From NCBI GenBank assembly GCA_016934975.1, contig JAFGRV010000402.1, positions 1-49,202 on the forward strand: DNA of 49,202 bases, given 5' to 3'. The DNA comes from Spirochaetales bacterium. Its GTDB lineage: Bacteria; Spirochaetota; Spirochaetia; SZUA-6; JAFGRV01. Positions 10,111 to 19,562 of the stretch are shown here, one piece after another (the stretch's first letter is position 1; each line of letters begins with the position of its first letter). The notes beneath the pieces are model-generated. The model worked only from the letters and a program-made list of their open reading frames with translations, had not been told where the DNA came from and ran no database searches. A program made the translations under genes and the position numbers.

Positions 10111-11523
10111 TTATTCCTGATTACAGAATCCGAAAGGACCCGAGGCGGGCAGTTTTTTATGTATTGAATTCCATATTTCTATTAATGTATTTTCGGTGAT
10201 ATTTCCATAGCTTTTATATGAAAATGAACATGGCCGGATTTCTCCGTCTGCTCCAATAACAACGCTCGTGCGTCCGCAGGTACAATAAGGAAGTAAAGTA
10301 ATAATTAAATCGGGGAAATTCTCTTTCCATTTTTTTATATTTGTACGTATCGTTTCAATATTTTTTTCAGGTATCGCTTCGAATTGAGACATTCCCCCCT
10401 TTAAGCCTGTCTTCTTAAACAGACTGATATAACATTCCTTTATTCCGAGAGAAATCATAAATTCAGGGAGATCTTTATGTTCATGAAAATTCCGATTATG
10501 GAGTGAAAAAACCATTCCGACCCTTGGAATTCCGCCCTGCTTTGCATTGTGAATTGCTTTTACGGCTTTTAAAAAGGACTCTTTACCCCGGGACAGGTCA
10601 TGAGTGATCTCTGACAATCCATCAAAACTGATCTCCATGTGATTAAGACCGGATTCACTAAATAGCTTCGCTTTTTTTTGTGTCAGGCTCATTCCATTTG
10701 ATATAATTTTTGTATATATTCCATATCCCCGTAATTCCTTAATTATCAGATGAAGATTTTCCAGAAGAAGAGGTTCTCCTCCCATAATGCTGACATAAAA
10801 AATGTGACTTTCTGCAATATTTTCTATAATCGAAAGAATTTTATTATGTTCCAAACCGGATAAAGCAAAATCCTTTAGATAGCAAATCTCACATTGATTA
10901 TTACACACCGTACAAATTTCCCACAGACAATACCAGGGAATCTTTGCCTGAAAAATTTGGGATTGCAGATAAGAAGGTTCCACACTTTTGTCAATACGTT
11001 CTTTTTTGTGATCATGATACACCGGATCGTCTTTAATAAACCCAAGGCCGGATAATTTCTTTAAGAAAGGCATGACATCATCAATACCAAAGACAGACGA
11101 GAGTCCTTCTCTTATTTTCCGTATCGATGTTTTGGTAATAATAAGTTTCCAGATGACACTTCCGTAGGAATTTAAAACTAATAAAGGATTATTCTTAGTC
11201 ATCTGTTCCGTATTAAACAGGATAAAAAGTTCCGGTGATTCTTCATACCATTTAACATAAGGACCCTCGATCTCCGGAATATGATTGAAGGAAAGTGTAT
11301 CTTCATGAAAAGCATGTTTATCCATTTCGATAATAAAACCGTTTTTTACCAGCGAATCTAATAAGGTTTTATCTTGAACCTCATTCGCGTCGTCAAACTG
11401 AATCCAAAGGTGAGATTGTTTTTTATTCAATTGTAACCGGTTATTATTTATGACATGGTGTAATATCAGACCCTCATCATTTTTCTGTCTGGTCACCAGA
11501 ATGTTGCTGAATTTATATAACAT
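10111..11523 (-). CDS. Radical SAM protein with C-terminal Twitch/SPASM domain and N-terminal PqqD/RRE-like domain(s)
   Basis: CNNQCEIC, GGEPLL and ISFDG; C-terminal CTCG...DGEIRPC...GNI...IW. The N-terminal segment LNSYGSVIWKLI...DVMPFLKKLSGLGFI resembles an RRE. Confidence 0.82.
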   Translation of the reverse strand: MLYKFSNILVTRQKNDEGLILHHVINNNRLQLNKKQSHLWIQFDDANEVQDKTLLDSLVKNGFIIEMDKHAFHEDTLSFNHIPEIEGPYVKWYEESPELFILFNTEQMTKNNPLLVLNSYGSVIWKLIITKTSIRKIREGLSSVFGIDDVMPFLKKLSGLGFIKDDPVYHDHKKERIDKSVEPSYLQSQIFQAKIPWYCLWEICTVCNNQCEICYLKDFALSGLEHNKILSIIENIAESHIFYVSIMGGEPLLLENLHLIIKELRGYGIYTKIISNGMSLTQKKAKLFSESGLNHMEISFDGLSEITHDLSRGKESFLKAVKAIHNAKQGGIPRVGMVFSLHNRNFHEHKDLPEFMISLGIKECYISLFKKTGLKGGMSQFEAIPEKNIETIRTNIKKWKENFPDLIITLLPYCTCGRTSVVIGADGEIRPCSFSYKSYGNITENTLIEIWNSIHKKLPASGPFGFCNQE

Positions 11524-11683
11524 GCAGGAATTTCTCCATTAAAATTCAAAGGAATCTCTGTTTTCACGTTCTGATTATCAAACCGGTTTAGAGTTTTTAT
11601 AAATAGTGCTTTATTCAAGTATATTGCCTGAATCTCAACGAACAGAAGAAGAGAGATTTCTTTCTTCCTTCCCCGTCTCTGGT

Positions 11684-12667
11684 TTACCAGCGAATCAAAT
11701 TTCCACCATAGGTAAGTCCACCCCCAAACCCGACGGTAATAATATAATCTCCCCGGTGTAAAAGTTTCTTTCGATTCATTTCATCCAGAGCGATGGGAAT
11801 ACTTGCAGCCGATGTATTTGCGTATTCTTCTATATTCATAAAAAATTTTTCCAAAGGAATCTTTAGCCGTTTTGAGGCGGCCCTGATTATCCGTGCATTT
11901 GCCTGATGCGGCACAACATAGGCGATATCTTCCGGGGATAAACCGGATTGTTCGAATAAATCCTTAATAATGTCACACATGGCTTTTACGGCGAAATTAT
12001 ATACTCTCTGGCCATCCATACGTACATTTGAATCATAACTTTCCTGATGTGGTCTAAAAGGATTCCTTGATCCCCCAACCTTCCGATATAAACTATCCCA
12101 ACCGGTCCCGTCTGCACGGAGGATTGATTTCACAATTTCACTCTTTTCCGGACCTGTATTCTCGCATACTAAGGCTACTCCTGCCCCGTCTCCGAATAAA
12201 ACGCAGGTACCCCTGTCTTCCCAGTCTGTAATATGGGTGAGTAACTCTACCGCCACAACCAGGATATTTTTCATAATTCCTACCTTGACTAATGAATTAG
12301 CCATTTCCAATCCGTAAATAAAGCCGGAACAGGCGACCGCAATATCCATTGCCCCTGCGTTCCGTGCTTTTATCTTTTCCTGAAGCATACACGCAGTAGA
12401 AGGAAACCCGATGTAGTCGGGTGTTGTTGTTGCAACAATAATAAGATCAATACTCTCCGGGTCAATCTGATTCTCTTCGAAGAGTTGTTTACACGGAATA
12501 TATGCGAGATCAGAGGCTGAGACATCGGATTCTGCAAGATGACGGTATTTTATACCGGTATGTGAATATATCCATTCATCCGTCGTATCCACAATCTTTG
12601 CAATATCGTCATTCGAAAGCCGCTTTTCCGGGACATGACTATGGAGTGCTTTAATGTATGTTTTCAT
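11684..12667 (-). CDS. fabH: Beta-ketoacyl-ACP synthase III
   Basis: ACSGF, LFGDGAG, PHQAN, NTSAAS and GFGGGLT. Confidence 0.95.
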   Translation of the reverse strand: MKTYIKALHSHVPEKRLSNDDIAKIVDTTDEWIYSHTGIKYRHLAESDVSASDLAYIPCKQLFEENQIDPESIDLIIVATTTPDYIGFPSTACMLQEKIKARNAGAMDIAVACSGFIYGLEMANSLVKVGIMKNILVVAVELLTHITDWEDRGTCVLFGDGAGVALVCENTGPEKSEIVKSILRADGTGWDSLYRKVGGSRNPFRPHQESYDSNVRMDGQRVYNFAVKAMCDIIKDLFEQSGLSPEDIAYVVPHQANARIIRAASKRLKIPLEKFFMNIEEYANTSAASIPIALDEMNRKKLLHRGDYIITVGFGGGLTYGGNLIRW

Positions 12668-12776
12668 CTGTATCTCCTTTTTAGATTCATTCAATTATGT
12701 GGAAGAGACGAGTATATCATCTTATTTACGGGAGTTCTATAGAGAATGAAAAAAATTTGAGGAATCCTTTGTCCGA

Positions 12777-13415
12777 TTATTCGATAATTATTTCCAGGTT
12801 TAGAAATACAGTTTTTAATCCAATTCCCTCAAGAGAAACTTTAGCCCTGTCTCCATGCTTGATATGAGCCGGTACATGAAGAACAAAAGTCCTGGAACCG
12901 CGAATCTGCCCGAATCCTGAACAGTGGGAACAGACAAATGATTCACCAAAACCCGTTCCATGGCAGTGAGGGCAGATAGATAGAACCGGTACATTAATCG
13001 GGAAATCACCACCCTTCCGGGCTTCTTCCGGGGAAAGGATAAGCTCAAGAAACAGTTCTTTATGTTGTGAAAATCCGTATTCAAAGAAACCCGGAACAAA
13101 TCCGCCGAAAAAATCATCTGTCACCGAAGAAAATGTCTTAATATGGCGTTCCCTGATTAGTTTTTGATTATTTTCCATGTGCTGATAAAAAACAGGATCG
13201 AATTGTCTCTGTTGTGAGTATTGATTAGACTTCTTTGACATTTCTCTCACCGGATTCGTCTGTCCTGATTCCTGAATTTCCATTAAGCTCTTATTTTGTT
13301 CGGATTTTGAATGAATATCGAAAGAACAGTTTTTATACCAGACACGATATGCTTTTTTAATTTTATCTACATCCGCTTCTTTTTCCATCCCAAGGGCAAT
13401 ATAATAATTACTCAT
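12777..13415 (-). CDS. DnaJ-like protein with a degenerate J domain, two CxxCxGxG repeats and a DnaJ C-terminal-like region
   Basis: NYYIALG...IKKAYR J-domain start with no HPD; CPHCHGTG and CSHCSGFG. Confidence 0.78.
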   Translation of the reverse strand: MSNYYIALGMEKEADVDKIKKAYRVWYKNCSFDIHSKSEQNKSLMEIQESGQTNPVREMSKKSNQYSQQRQFDPVFYQHMENNQKLIRERHIKTFSSVTDDFFGGFVPGFFEYGFSQHKELFLELILSPEEARKGGDFPINVPVLSICPHCHGTGFGESFVCSHCSGFGQIRGSRTFVLHVPAHIKHGDRAKVSLEGIGLKTVFLNLEIIIE

Positions 13416-13767
13416 ATACCATACCCTCCTCATTATTAATTATAGCATGGAATGATGTCTTGGTCAAATAAAATGCAGAAGAAGATAGTAACAGACATAC
13501 AATATTTCTTTTTCCCGGAGACCGGAATACAATCCGTTTTTCTGTTTCATTATGACACACCAAAGGCGTGAAAAGTCCCTTTTTTTTGTGGAATTTTGAC
13601 ACAAAAAAAAAGGGTATTAATTCTATAATGTGGTACTTTTACTCATTTTTTATTTTTATGCGCGGTTTAATTACTTTAACACAAATAAAATTAATCACTA
13701 TCTTACTCTCATTAAAATAATAAAGAATATACCGCAGCCATAAATATGATCTCTCGGGAGCACATCC

Positions 13768-13814
13768 ACGCTATATATGGGGGCTTCGTACATTAACTAC
13801 TCCATATATAGCGT
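13768..13814. promoter_or_regulatory. Inverted repeat, candidate enhancer/operator
   Basis: acgctatatatgg-N21-ccatatatagcgt. Confidence 0.55.
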
Positions 13815-13823
13815 TGTTTTCAA

Positions 13824-13853
13824 ACAATTGTGAGACAACTGTCTCACAATTGT
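13824..13853. promoter_or_regulatory. Perfect 14-bp-arm palindrome, candidate regulator binding site
   Basis: acaattgtgagaca-ac-tgtctcacaattgt. Confidence 0.65.
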
Positions 13854-13909
13854 CTTCAGAATGAGTGTAGAGGATAATCACGATCATACTAAATAAATTT
13901 TATTCGCAA

Positions 13910-13926
13910 TTGGCATATTTTTTGCT
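13910..13926 (+). promoter_or_regulatory. Sigma54 (-24/-12) promoter of the hsp20 operon
   Basis: TTGGCATATTTTTTGCT with exact GG-N10-GC spacing, about 45 bp before the hsp20 ATG. Confidence 0.78.
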
Positions 13927-13969
13927 TAAATATTATTAGTACAAAATAAATATTTTAGGAGGTATCATT

Positions 13970-14428
13970 ATGGCACTAATGAGATGGAAAAATAAAGATT
14001 CATACGATCCATGGTCCTATCTGAATCAGCTCCAAAACGAGATTAATGAGCTCTTTGATGTGGACCAAGTGTATACATCCAGGGGATTGTATGACCGGAC
14101 ATCTGCTGTAGCGATTGATGTCATAGAAACAGCAGATGACATCGTTGTTACCTGTGAGCTTCCGGGTATAAATGAAAAAGATCTGGATGTATCAATTACA
14201 TCGAATGTCCTCACAATTAAGGGGAAAAAGGCAGAAGACCAGGAGACTAAAAAAGGCAAGTATTATAGAAAAGAAACCTGGTCAGGGGGATTCCAGCGGA
14301 CGATATCCCTGCCGGGTAGTGTCGATTCGGAGAAGATTGTTGCAGGACTTAAAAACGGAATGCTGACAGTGACCCTTCCAAAAAAGGAAGAAGCAAAACC
14401 CAAGCAAATTTCCGTTAATTTAAAATAA
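13970..14428 (+). CDS. Hsp20/alpha-crystallin small heat shock protein
   Basis: ELPG, LTIKG, FQRTISLP, LKNGMLTVTLPK and a C-terminal IxV. Confidence 0.95.
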   Translation: MALMRWKNKDSYDPWSYLNQLQNEINELFDVDQVYTSRGLYDRTSAVAIDVIETADDIVVTCELPGINEKDLDVSITSNVLTIKGKKAEDQETKKGKYYRKETWSGGFQRTISLPGSVDSEKIVAGLKNGMLTVTLPKKEEAKPKQISVNLK

Positions 14429-14446
14429 GGGAAGGAGGAGACTATC

Positions 14447-14809
14447 ATGGAAAATAAGAGCGTAACAAAACCTGCAAGAAGAGCATATCCTGCTTGCTGC
14501 AATATATTCGAGGGTGACGGAACAATTATTCTGGAACTGGAAATGCCGGGAGTAACAAAGGACAACCTTGAGATAAAGATAAACGATGACCTTTTGATAA
14601 TTCATGGTATCAAAAATACACATGCAAAAGAAAACGGCACCTTCCTCATCCGGGAAATCAGAGACGCGGATTATCATCATGAGTTTACTATTGACAGAAC
14701 GATCGACCGGAATAAGATTGATGCCGCACTTGATAAAGGGATGTTAACACTGACGCTGCATATAAAAGAATCTGAAAAACCGAGAAAAATTAATGTAGTG
14801 ACTGCTTAG
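14447..14809 (+). CDS. Hsp20/alpha-crystallin small heat shock protein (second, short)
   Basis: EMPGV, LDKGMLTLTL and KPRKINV. Confidence 0.93.
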   Translation: MENKSVTKPARRAYPACCNIFEGDGTIILELEMPGVTKDNLEIKINDDLLIIHGIKNTHAKENGTFLIREIRDADYHHEFTIDRTIDRNKIDAALDKGMLTLTLHIKESEKPRKINVVTA

Positions 14810-14826
14810 TTGAAGGAAGAGATCTC

Positions 14827-14859
14827 ACCCCCGGGAGAAAACAACCGGGGGTTTTTTTT
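14827..14859 (+). terminator. Intrinsic terminator after the hsp20 pair
   Basis: acccccgg-N10-ccgggggt followed by a T run. Confidence 0.8.
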
Positions 14860-15511
14860 ATTCATTCTTTAATTGTTTTCTTTTCGAACTCACATACCGT
14901 GAAAAATCATTAATATTATGAACTATAATCTTATTCTCAATAACATTTATTCTTTGCTGTCTTTGAAAATGCTCAATGACTTTTCTGCATTCATTCGGGG
15001 GCAGACCGGCCCAATGGGCAATATCATCTATGGATGCATGGAGCTCGACTTCTTCGGTCTCTTCCGGCCGCGCAGGCTCTTTTTCCGCGAGCATAAGAAA
15101 AACATCCGCGACTTTTGCTTCTATCTCCTCCAAAGTGAGGATCATAAATCTTCGCTTTTGATCATAGATCCGTTTGGTAAATAATTTAAGGAGTTTCAGG
15201 GCGATCTGAGGATTCCCCTGCATCAATATTTTAAAGTTCTCACGGTTAAACTCTAATGCCACAACTTTATGTAAAGCGATTGCCGTTGCCGAGCGGGGAG
15301 CTCCCTCAAGGATTGCCATTTCTCCGAATATTTCACCCGGTTCCAATACATCAACGGTTTTCTCTATATCACCCATAATCTTCACTATCTGAACCTTGCC
15401 GGAATGAATAAGATAAAAAGTCTCTCCGGGTTCGAATTCACAGAAGATAATGTCCTGATCTTTAAATATTTTCCCAAAGCGCTTAAGCAGGGAATCGCTG
15501 ATGGTCATCAT
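14858..15511 (-). CDS. Crp/Fnr family cNMP-binding transcriptional regulator
   Basis: GEIFGEMAIL...PRSATA cNMP cassette and a C-terminal HTH-like region. Confidence 0.9.
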   Translation of the reverse strand: MMTISDSLLKRFGKIFKDQDIIFCEFEPGETFYLIHSGKVQIVKIMGDIEKTVDVLEPGEIFGEMAILEGAPRSATAIALHKVVALEFNRENFKILMQGNPQIALKLLKLFTKRIYDQKRRFMILTLEEIEAKVADVFLMLAEKEPARPEETEEVELHASIDDIAHWAGLPPNECRKVIEHFQRQQRINVIENKIIVHNINDFSRYVSSKRKQLKNE

Positions 15512-15515
15512 AGTG

Positions 15516-16520
15516 CTATTTCCTCTCCAGTTCCCTTATTGCCTTCATCACACGTCTGTAAAGAGAATCTGCCTCCGGGGTAAGGGAAAGGACTTTTTTA
15601 TATATATCCACTGCCCGGTCGCCGTTTCCTTTCTTTTGGTGACATTGTGCAATAAAAAACAGGGCTTCGTTCAGATCAGGATGTTTCGGATATTTTTGAA
15701 GAAGAACCGTATACATTTTAATACAGTTATCATAATTCTGAAGATAAAAAAGACACTTGCCTATCTCAAACTGTGCCTTGAGGGTGTATTCATTATTTTG
15801 ATCATTCTGAATAATCGTTTTAAAAATATCGGAAGCCTCCTGGTATTTTCCCTCTCCCATGAGATTGACTCCATAGTAATATTCTTTTCCTGAACCGGAG
15901 AGTTCTTTTGACGTATCGGGTTTATCAACTTCCTGGGGGGTGTCGTTAATATTCACTACCGGCCCTTTACCCTGTCCATATTTTTGAAGATATTCCTCGG
16001 CAGTATAGATATACTTTGTGACATCATCCGAATATTTCCCCGAAGGATAGTAGACGAGATATCTTCCGAAGGCATAGAGTGATTGTTTATATTTCTTTGA
16101 TTTCAGGTAATAAAGGCCGATTTTATACAACCCTGTCTCGGGGCTTATCTGATCCTCCATATAAAGAAGGTTCTGAACCTGCTTATGTATTCTTCTGAGC
16201 TGGTTTGAAAAAACTTTGAGCATTTTAATAATAATACGGGTGTTTTTTGATGCAAGCTGCTCAAATTCATCCACAGTAAATGCAATAACATTCGAATCCT
16301 TAAGAACCAGGGCTGTTTCTTCCCTGGGATATCTGCCGAGGGCGGATTTAACCCCGAAAAACTCCCTGGTTTTGATAAACTCATGCATCTCCTGGCCGGT
16401 TTCTATATTAATGAAATTAAGACTTACTTTGCCGTTATTGAGGATAAAAATTCTATCCGCGATATCACCTTTAAAATAGATAATTGAATTGGGTTTATAC
16501 GTTATAGATTTTGGCGACAA
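15516..16520 (-). CDS. cNMP-binding domain plus TPR protein
   Basis: EFFGVKSALGRYPREETA cassette followed by TPR helices; TTG start. Confidence 0.87.
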   Translation of the reverse strand: MSPKSITYKPNSIIYFKGDIADRIFILNNGKVSLNFINIETGQEMHEFIKTREFFGVKSALGRYPREETALVLKDSNVIAFTVDEFEQLASKNTRIIIKMLKVFSNQLRRIHKQVQNLLYMEDQISPETGLYKIGLYYLKSKKYKQSLYAFGRYLVYYPSGKYSDDVTKYIYTAEEYLQKYGQGKGPVVNINDTPQEVDKPDTSKELSGSGKEYYYGVNLMGEGKYQEASDIFKTIIQNDQNNEYTLKAQFEIGKCLFYLQNYDNCIKMYTVLLQKYPKHPDLNEALFFIAQCHQKKGNGDRAVDIYKKVLSLTPEADSLYRRVMKAIRELERK

Positions 16521-16548
16521 CTTTTATTACGACTCCTTATTAATAAGA

Positions 16549-17781
16549 CTAATCATCTAAAGGAATAAAATCAAAGACTTTTTCAAATCCGACGGCTTTT
16601 CTTATCCGTTTCATCAATCCCACGGGGTCTCCCACAATAAGTTTATTCTTTTTTCTGACTTTTACTTTTGTGTATTCCACACCGCGTCCCTTAAAAAGTT
16701 CTTCGTATTCCAAAGATCCATACACAGGATTACCTTTACAGGTGAGTAATTCAATATCTTCCATTTGCAGATTCACAAAAGCTTTATAAGGGTCCTGATC
16801 CCCGGGTTTAATAAGGAGTAGATCTGCTTGTTTCCCATTTTCAAGAGTTCCGACATCAGGTTGTATCCTGAATGCTCTTGCAGGATTAATTGTAACCATC
16901 TTATAAATTGATTCCGGGGATATCTCTTCTTTGTACATTTTACCATATACTTCCCGGGCAAATCGCATTTCTTCGAGTATATTAATCGATCCTGAATGGG
17001 TGGAATCCGTCCCGATACATACATTTATATGTGCTTCCAGAATCTTCTTAATTTTACAGGTCACATTGAACATATACATATTCGAACCGGGACACCAGAC
17101 AACGGTGGCCCCCACTTTTTGTACTTTTTTAATATCTTCATCGGAGAAGCCGATACAATGAATAAGGACATCATGATCATCGAGACATTTATTTTTCTCC
17201 AGGGTTTTAATCGCCGACTGGGTTTCTTCATCAAACCCTTCCGCACAATGAGTAATAAAGGGGAAGTTGTTTTCCACGGCCCGTTTATGCTCAACTTTTA
17301 ACGAATCACCCCATTTTAATGCGAATGAGGAAATAGCATGAACAATAGCATAATTTGTAATAAGCCTTATGGGCATACCTGAAATATATTGTTCGTTGAG
17401 GGCATGGGGATAATGATCATTCACCGTCACGACCCCCGCAAAAATATTTTTATACATACTTAAAGTATACAAATCTTCGACCGTATTTTTTTCTCTTTCC
17501 TCATACACAGGGGCGGATTTTAAATCATTATCCCAATATGACCAATTGAGATAAAAAGTCCCGTTTTTAGGCCCGACTTTGGGAAGATAATTTCCCCGGA
17601 AATGATCGTGCACATTGATAATGGCAGGATAAAGGTACAAATTGTCCTTAATTTTCATATTATTCCCGGAAAGTGAACCAATATCTTCTATTTTATCCCG
17701 GTTTATCTTTATGCTTGAGTTCTCTAAAAATGAACCTTCGGTGAGAATTGAAACGCCGCTTAATGAGTAAGACTCCTTCAT
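16549..17781 (-). CDS. Metal-dependent amidohydrolase family protein
   Basis: NVHDH, HCAEG, IHC, CPGSN, IGTDS and TINPA...GKQADL. Confidence 0.87.
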   Translation of the reverse strand: MKESYSLSGVSILTEGSFLENSSIKINRDKIEDIGSLSGNNMKIKDNLYLYPAIINVHDHFRGNYLPKVGPKNGTFYLNWSYWDNDLKSAPVYEEREKNTVEDLYTLSMYKNIFAGVVTVNDHYPHALNEQYISGMPIRLITNYAIVHAISSFALKWGDSLKVEHKRAVENNFPFITHCAEGFDEETQSAIKTLEKNKCLDDHDVLIHCIGFSDEDIKKVQKVGATVVWCPGSNMYMFNVTCKIKKILEAHINVCIGTDSTHSGSINILEEMRFAREVYGKMYKEEISPESIYKMVTINPARAFRIQPDVGTLENGKQADLLLIKPGDQDPYKAFVNLQMEDIELLTCKGNPVYGSLEYEELFKGRGVEYTKVKVRKKNKLIVGDPVGLMKRIRKAVGFEKVFDFIPLDD

Positions 17782-18066
17782 TAATTTCCCTTTCACGCTA
17801 TGAAAAATGTATTATCTGAGTCGAATTTTATCAATACCATTATATCAATTATCGGAATTTAAATGATATTCTGTATTAACTTTTTATTTGAAATATCTCA
17901 AACAGAATCTTAAGGTCTGCCTTCCTTGAATAACTGAAATAGAATTATCACTTTCGCTCATTTTATATTAATTATCATGACTTGATCTATAGACAGCTCC
18001 GGGTCCTGAAAATCAACCCTGGAACCGCGTTTTTATCAGGTTCATCATATTTTTTCTATTTAAAAG

Positions 18067-18257
18067 TTACCAGGAATAAGCATTATTCATCGCAGTTTTT
18101 AATTGCTTTTGTGGAATACTTTTTTTAATCATTTTATTCCACCTTAATAGATTTAATGCAATATGTCGAAACATAGCAAAATTTTCAGTTCCCGTCCCCT
18201 GTACGCATACAACTCCCATCTTCCTGATTGGTTATGAATTAAGATGCAATAGCCCTG
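18067..18257 (-). mobile_element. Internally deleted ISAs1-family remnant
   Basis: ISAs1-type end CAGGGCTATTGCATCTT (18257-18241). It is followed by a frameshifted transposase C-terminus, EDGSCMRTGD/ENFAMFRHIALNLLR...KSIPQKQLKTAMN. Confidence 0.72.
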
Positions 18258-18435
18258 ACATATCCTTTGTTCCACCTTTCCTTTTTATTAAAAAAGTGAT
18301 ATAATCATTCTATAAAAACGAGTCAGGAATATGATAATGCATATAAATACCTCTTTTCCAATAAGCGGATATTCTATCTATTTATTACCTCCTTTGTAAA
18401 AGAGGAAAGATGAACGATTTCCGGAACATTTCTTA

Positions 18436-18497
18436 CAACGACGTTGAAGACTACCTTATTTTTACGACAATTGTACTTCAACGACGTTGAAGACTAC
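18436..18497. repeat. Two 19-bp direct repeats with an internal palindrome
   Basis: caacgacgttgaagactac at 18436 and 18479 (period 43 bp). Confidence 0.85.
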
Positions 18498-18620
18498 TCA
18501 TTCTACGCATTTATTATTTGAGAAAAAATGTAGCAATTTAAAGTGCCGGATTACAATTGTCTTTAAATCGTGTGTGAAAAAAACCGGCCTGGAATTGATG
18601 ATTGAATTCTTCTTCACTTT

Positions 18621-18653
18621 ATGCATATTGTAAGATAATCTTACAATATGCAT
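18621..18653. promoter_or_regulatory. Perfect 33-bp palindrome over the start codon of the AAA fragment
   Basis: atgcatattgtaagat-a-atcttacaatatgcat. Confidence 0.7.
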
Positions 18654-19055
18654 GATTTTATCTATCGAAAGTTAGGAAAAACTATACTCCGGGATATAGA
18701 AACCTTTCCGGTTGTGGCTATTATCGGCCCCAGACAAAGCGGGAAATCGACATTAGCCAAAGAAATACTAAAAACCTGCAATAATGCGATTTATTTGGAT
18801 TTGGAATTACCCGTAGATTTGATGAAATTCAACCGGATATATTCCTCCAATGTTTTTACCCGGGTAGGAAAAGACCTGCAAGAGATAACAGATTTCGTCA
18901 CTCTTTTTCTGGATAAGGCTGATGAAAAAGGTATTCCAATTACCATCGAAACACACGCAATCGGAGTACATGGGTTCGACGCCACAAATGATGATGTCCG
19001 AACCAGAGAGATTATTTCTGATACTCTTAGATTTCTTAGTGAGAATCTGAAATAA
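18648..19055 (+). pseudogene. Chimeric ORF: AAA_14/DUF4143 ATPase N-terminus fused to an alpha/beta-hydrolase C-terminus
   Basis: Walker A GPRQSGKST and YLDLE with no Walker B, then GVHGFD...RTREII..TLRFL. Confidence 0.65.
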
Positions 19056-19079
19056 TAGTCAAAACTCTTATTGACATTA

Positions 19080-19562
19080 CTAAAGACCAATACCCTGTAT
19101 ATAGAAAGTGAATGTCGATTCATCCTCATCATTACTCGAAAATGTTATAATTGCTGATTTACTCCCCGGAGTAAGAGGGTCAAAGCTAATTTGAAGCTTC
19201 GCTGACCCGGAGGGATAAAGCACCTTGGTGAGATTGTGACTCAAGTCGAAATTATCAAGATTATCACTTGTAAAGCTTAGATATGAAAAAATCAGGTTTT
19301 CATCTCCGGTATTCTCCACTGTAAAAACAGATACTTCCGTGGCAGCACCATCATTTCCATCAGCCTCACAATTCCCGAAATCATAAGTCCCCTCATTCGG
19401 AATATCAAATAAATCACACGAGAGTGTTATTTCCGGTCCTAATTTATTTTCACCACCAGTATATTCAGGAGCGGTGCAGGAAAAATTTCCTATAAGACCA
19501 AGGCATACGACAGCTGCGATTAAATACAATATAAATCCTTCATGATTTACTTGACTAAACAT
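19080..19562 (-). CDS. Putative lipoprotein with an Ig-like choice-of-anchor D/ASH-like domain
   Basis: Hydrophobic signal ending NFSC; YDFG...FTVENTG...FDP...G.KSA.I...SND.DE..F.F.I.G.G. Confidence 0.7.
   Translation of the reverse strand: MFSQVNHEGFILYLIAAVVCLGLIGNFSCTAPEYTGGENKLGPEITLSCDLFDIPNEGTYDFGNCEADGNDGAATEVSVFTVENTGDENLIFSYLSFTSDNLDNFDLSHNLTKVLYPSGSAKLQISFDPLTPGSKSAIITFSSNDEDESTFTFYIQGIGL

Noticed and set aside
11524-11683. RiPP precursor for the RRE radical SAM enzyme
   Set aside because: No convincing small ORF with an SD was found in the intergenic gap.
13416-13969. CIRCE (HrcA) operator
   Set aside because: TTAGCACTC-N9-GAGTGCTAA is not present.
18436-18497. Possible mini CRISPR array
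   Set aside because: Only two 19-bp repeats with a 24-bp spacer, and no cas genes or leader.
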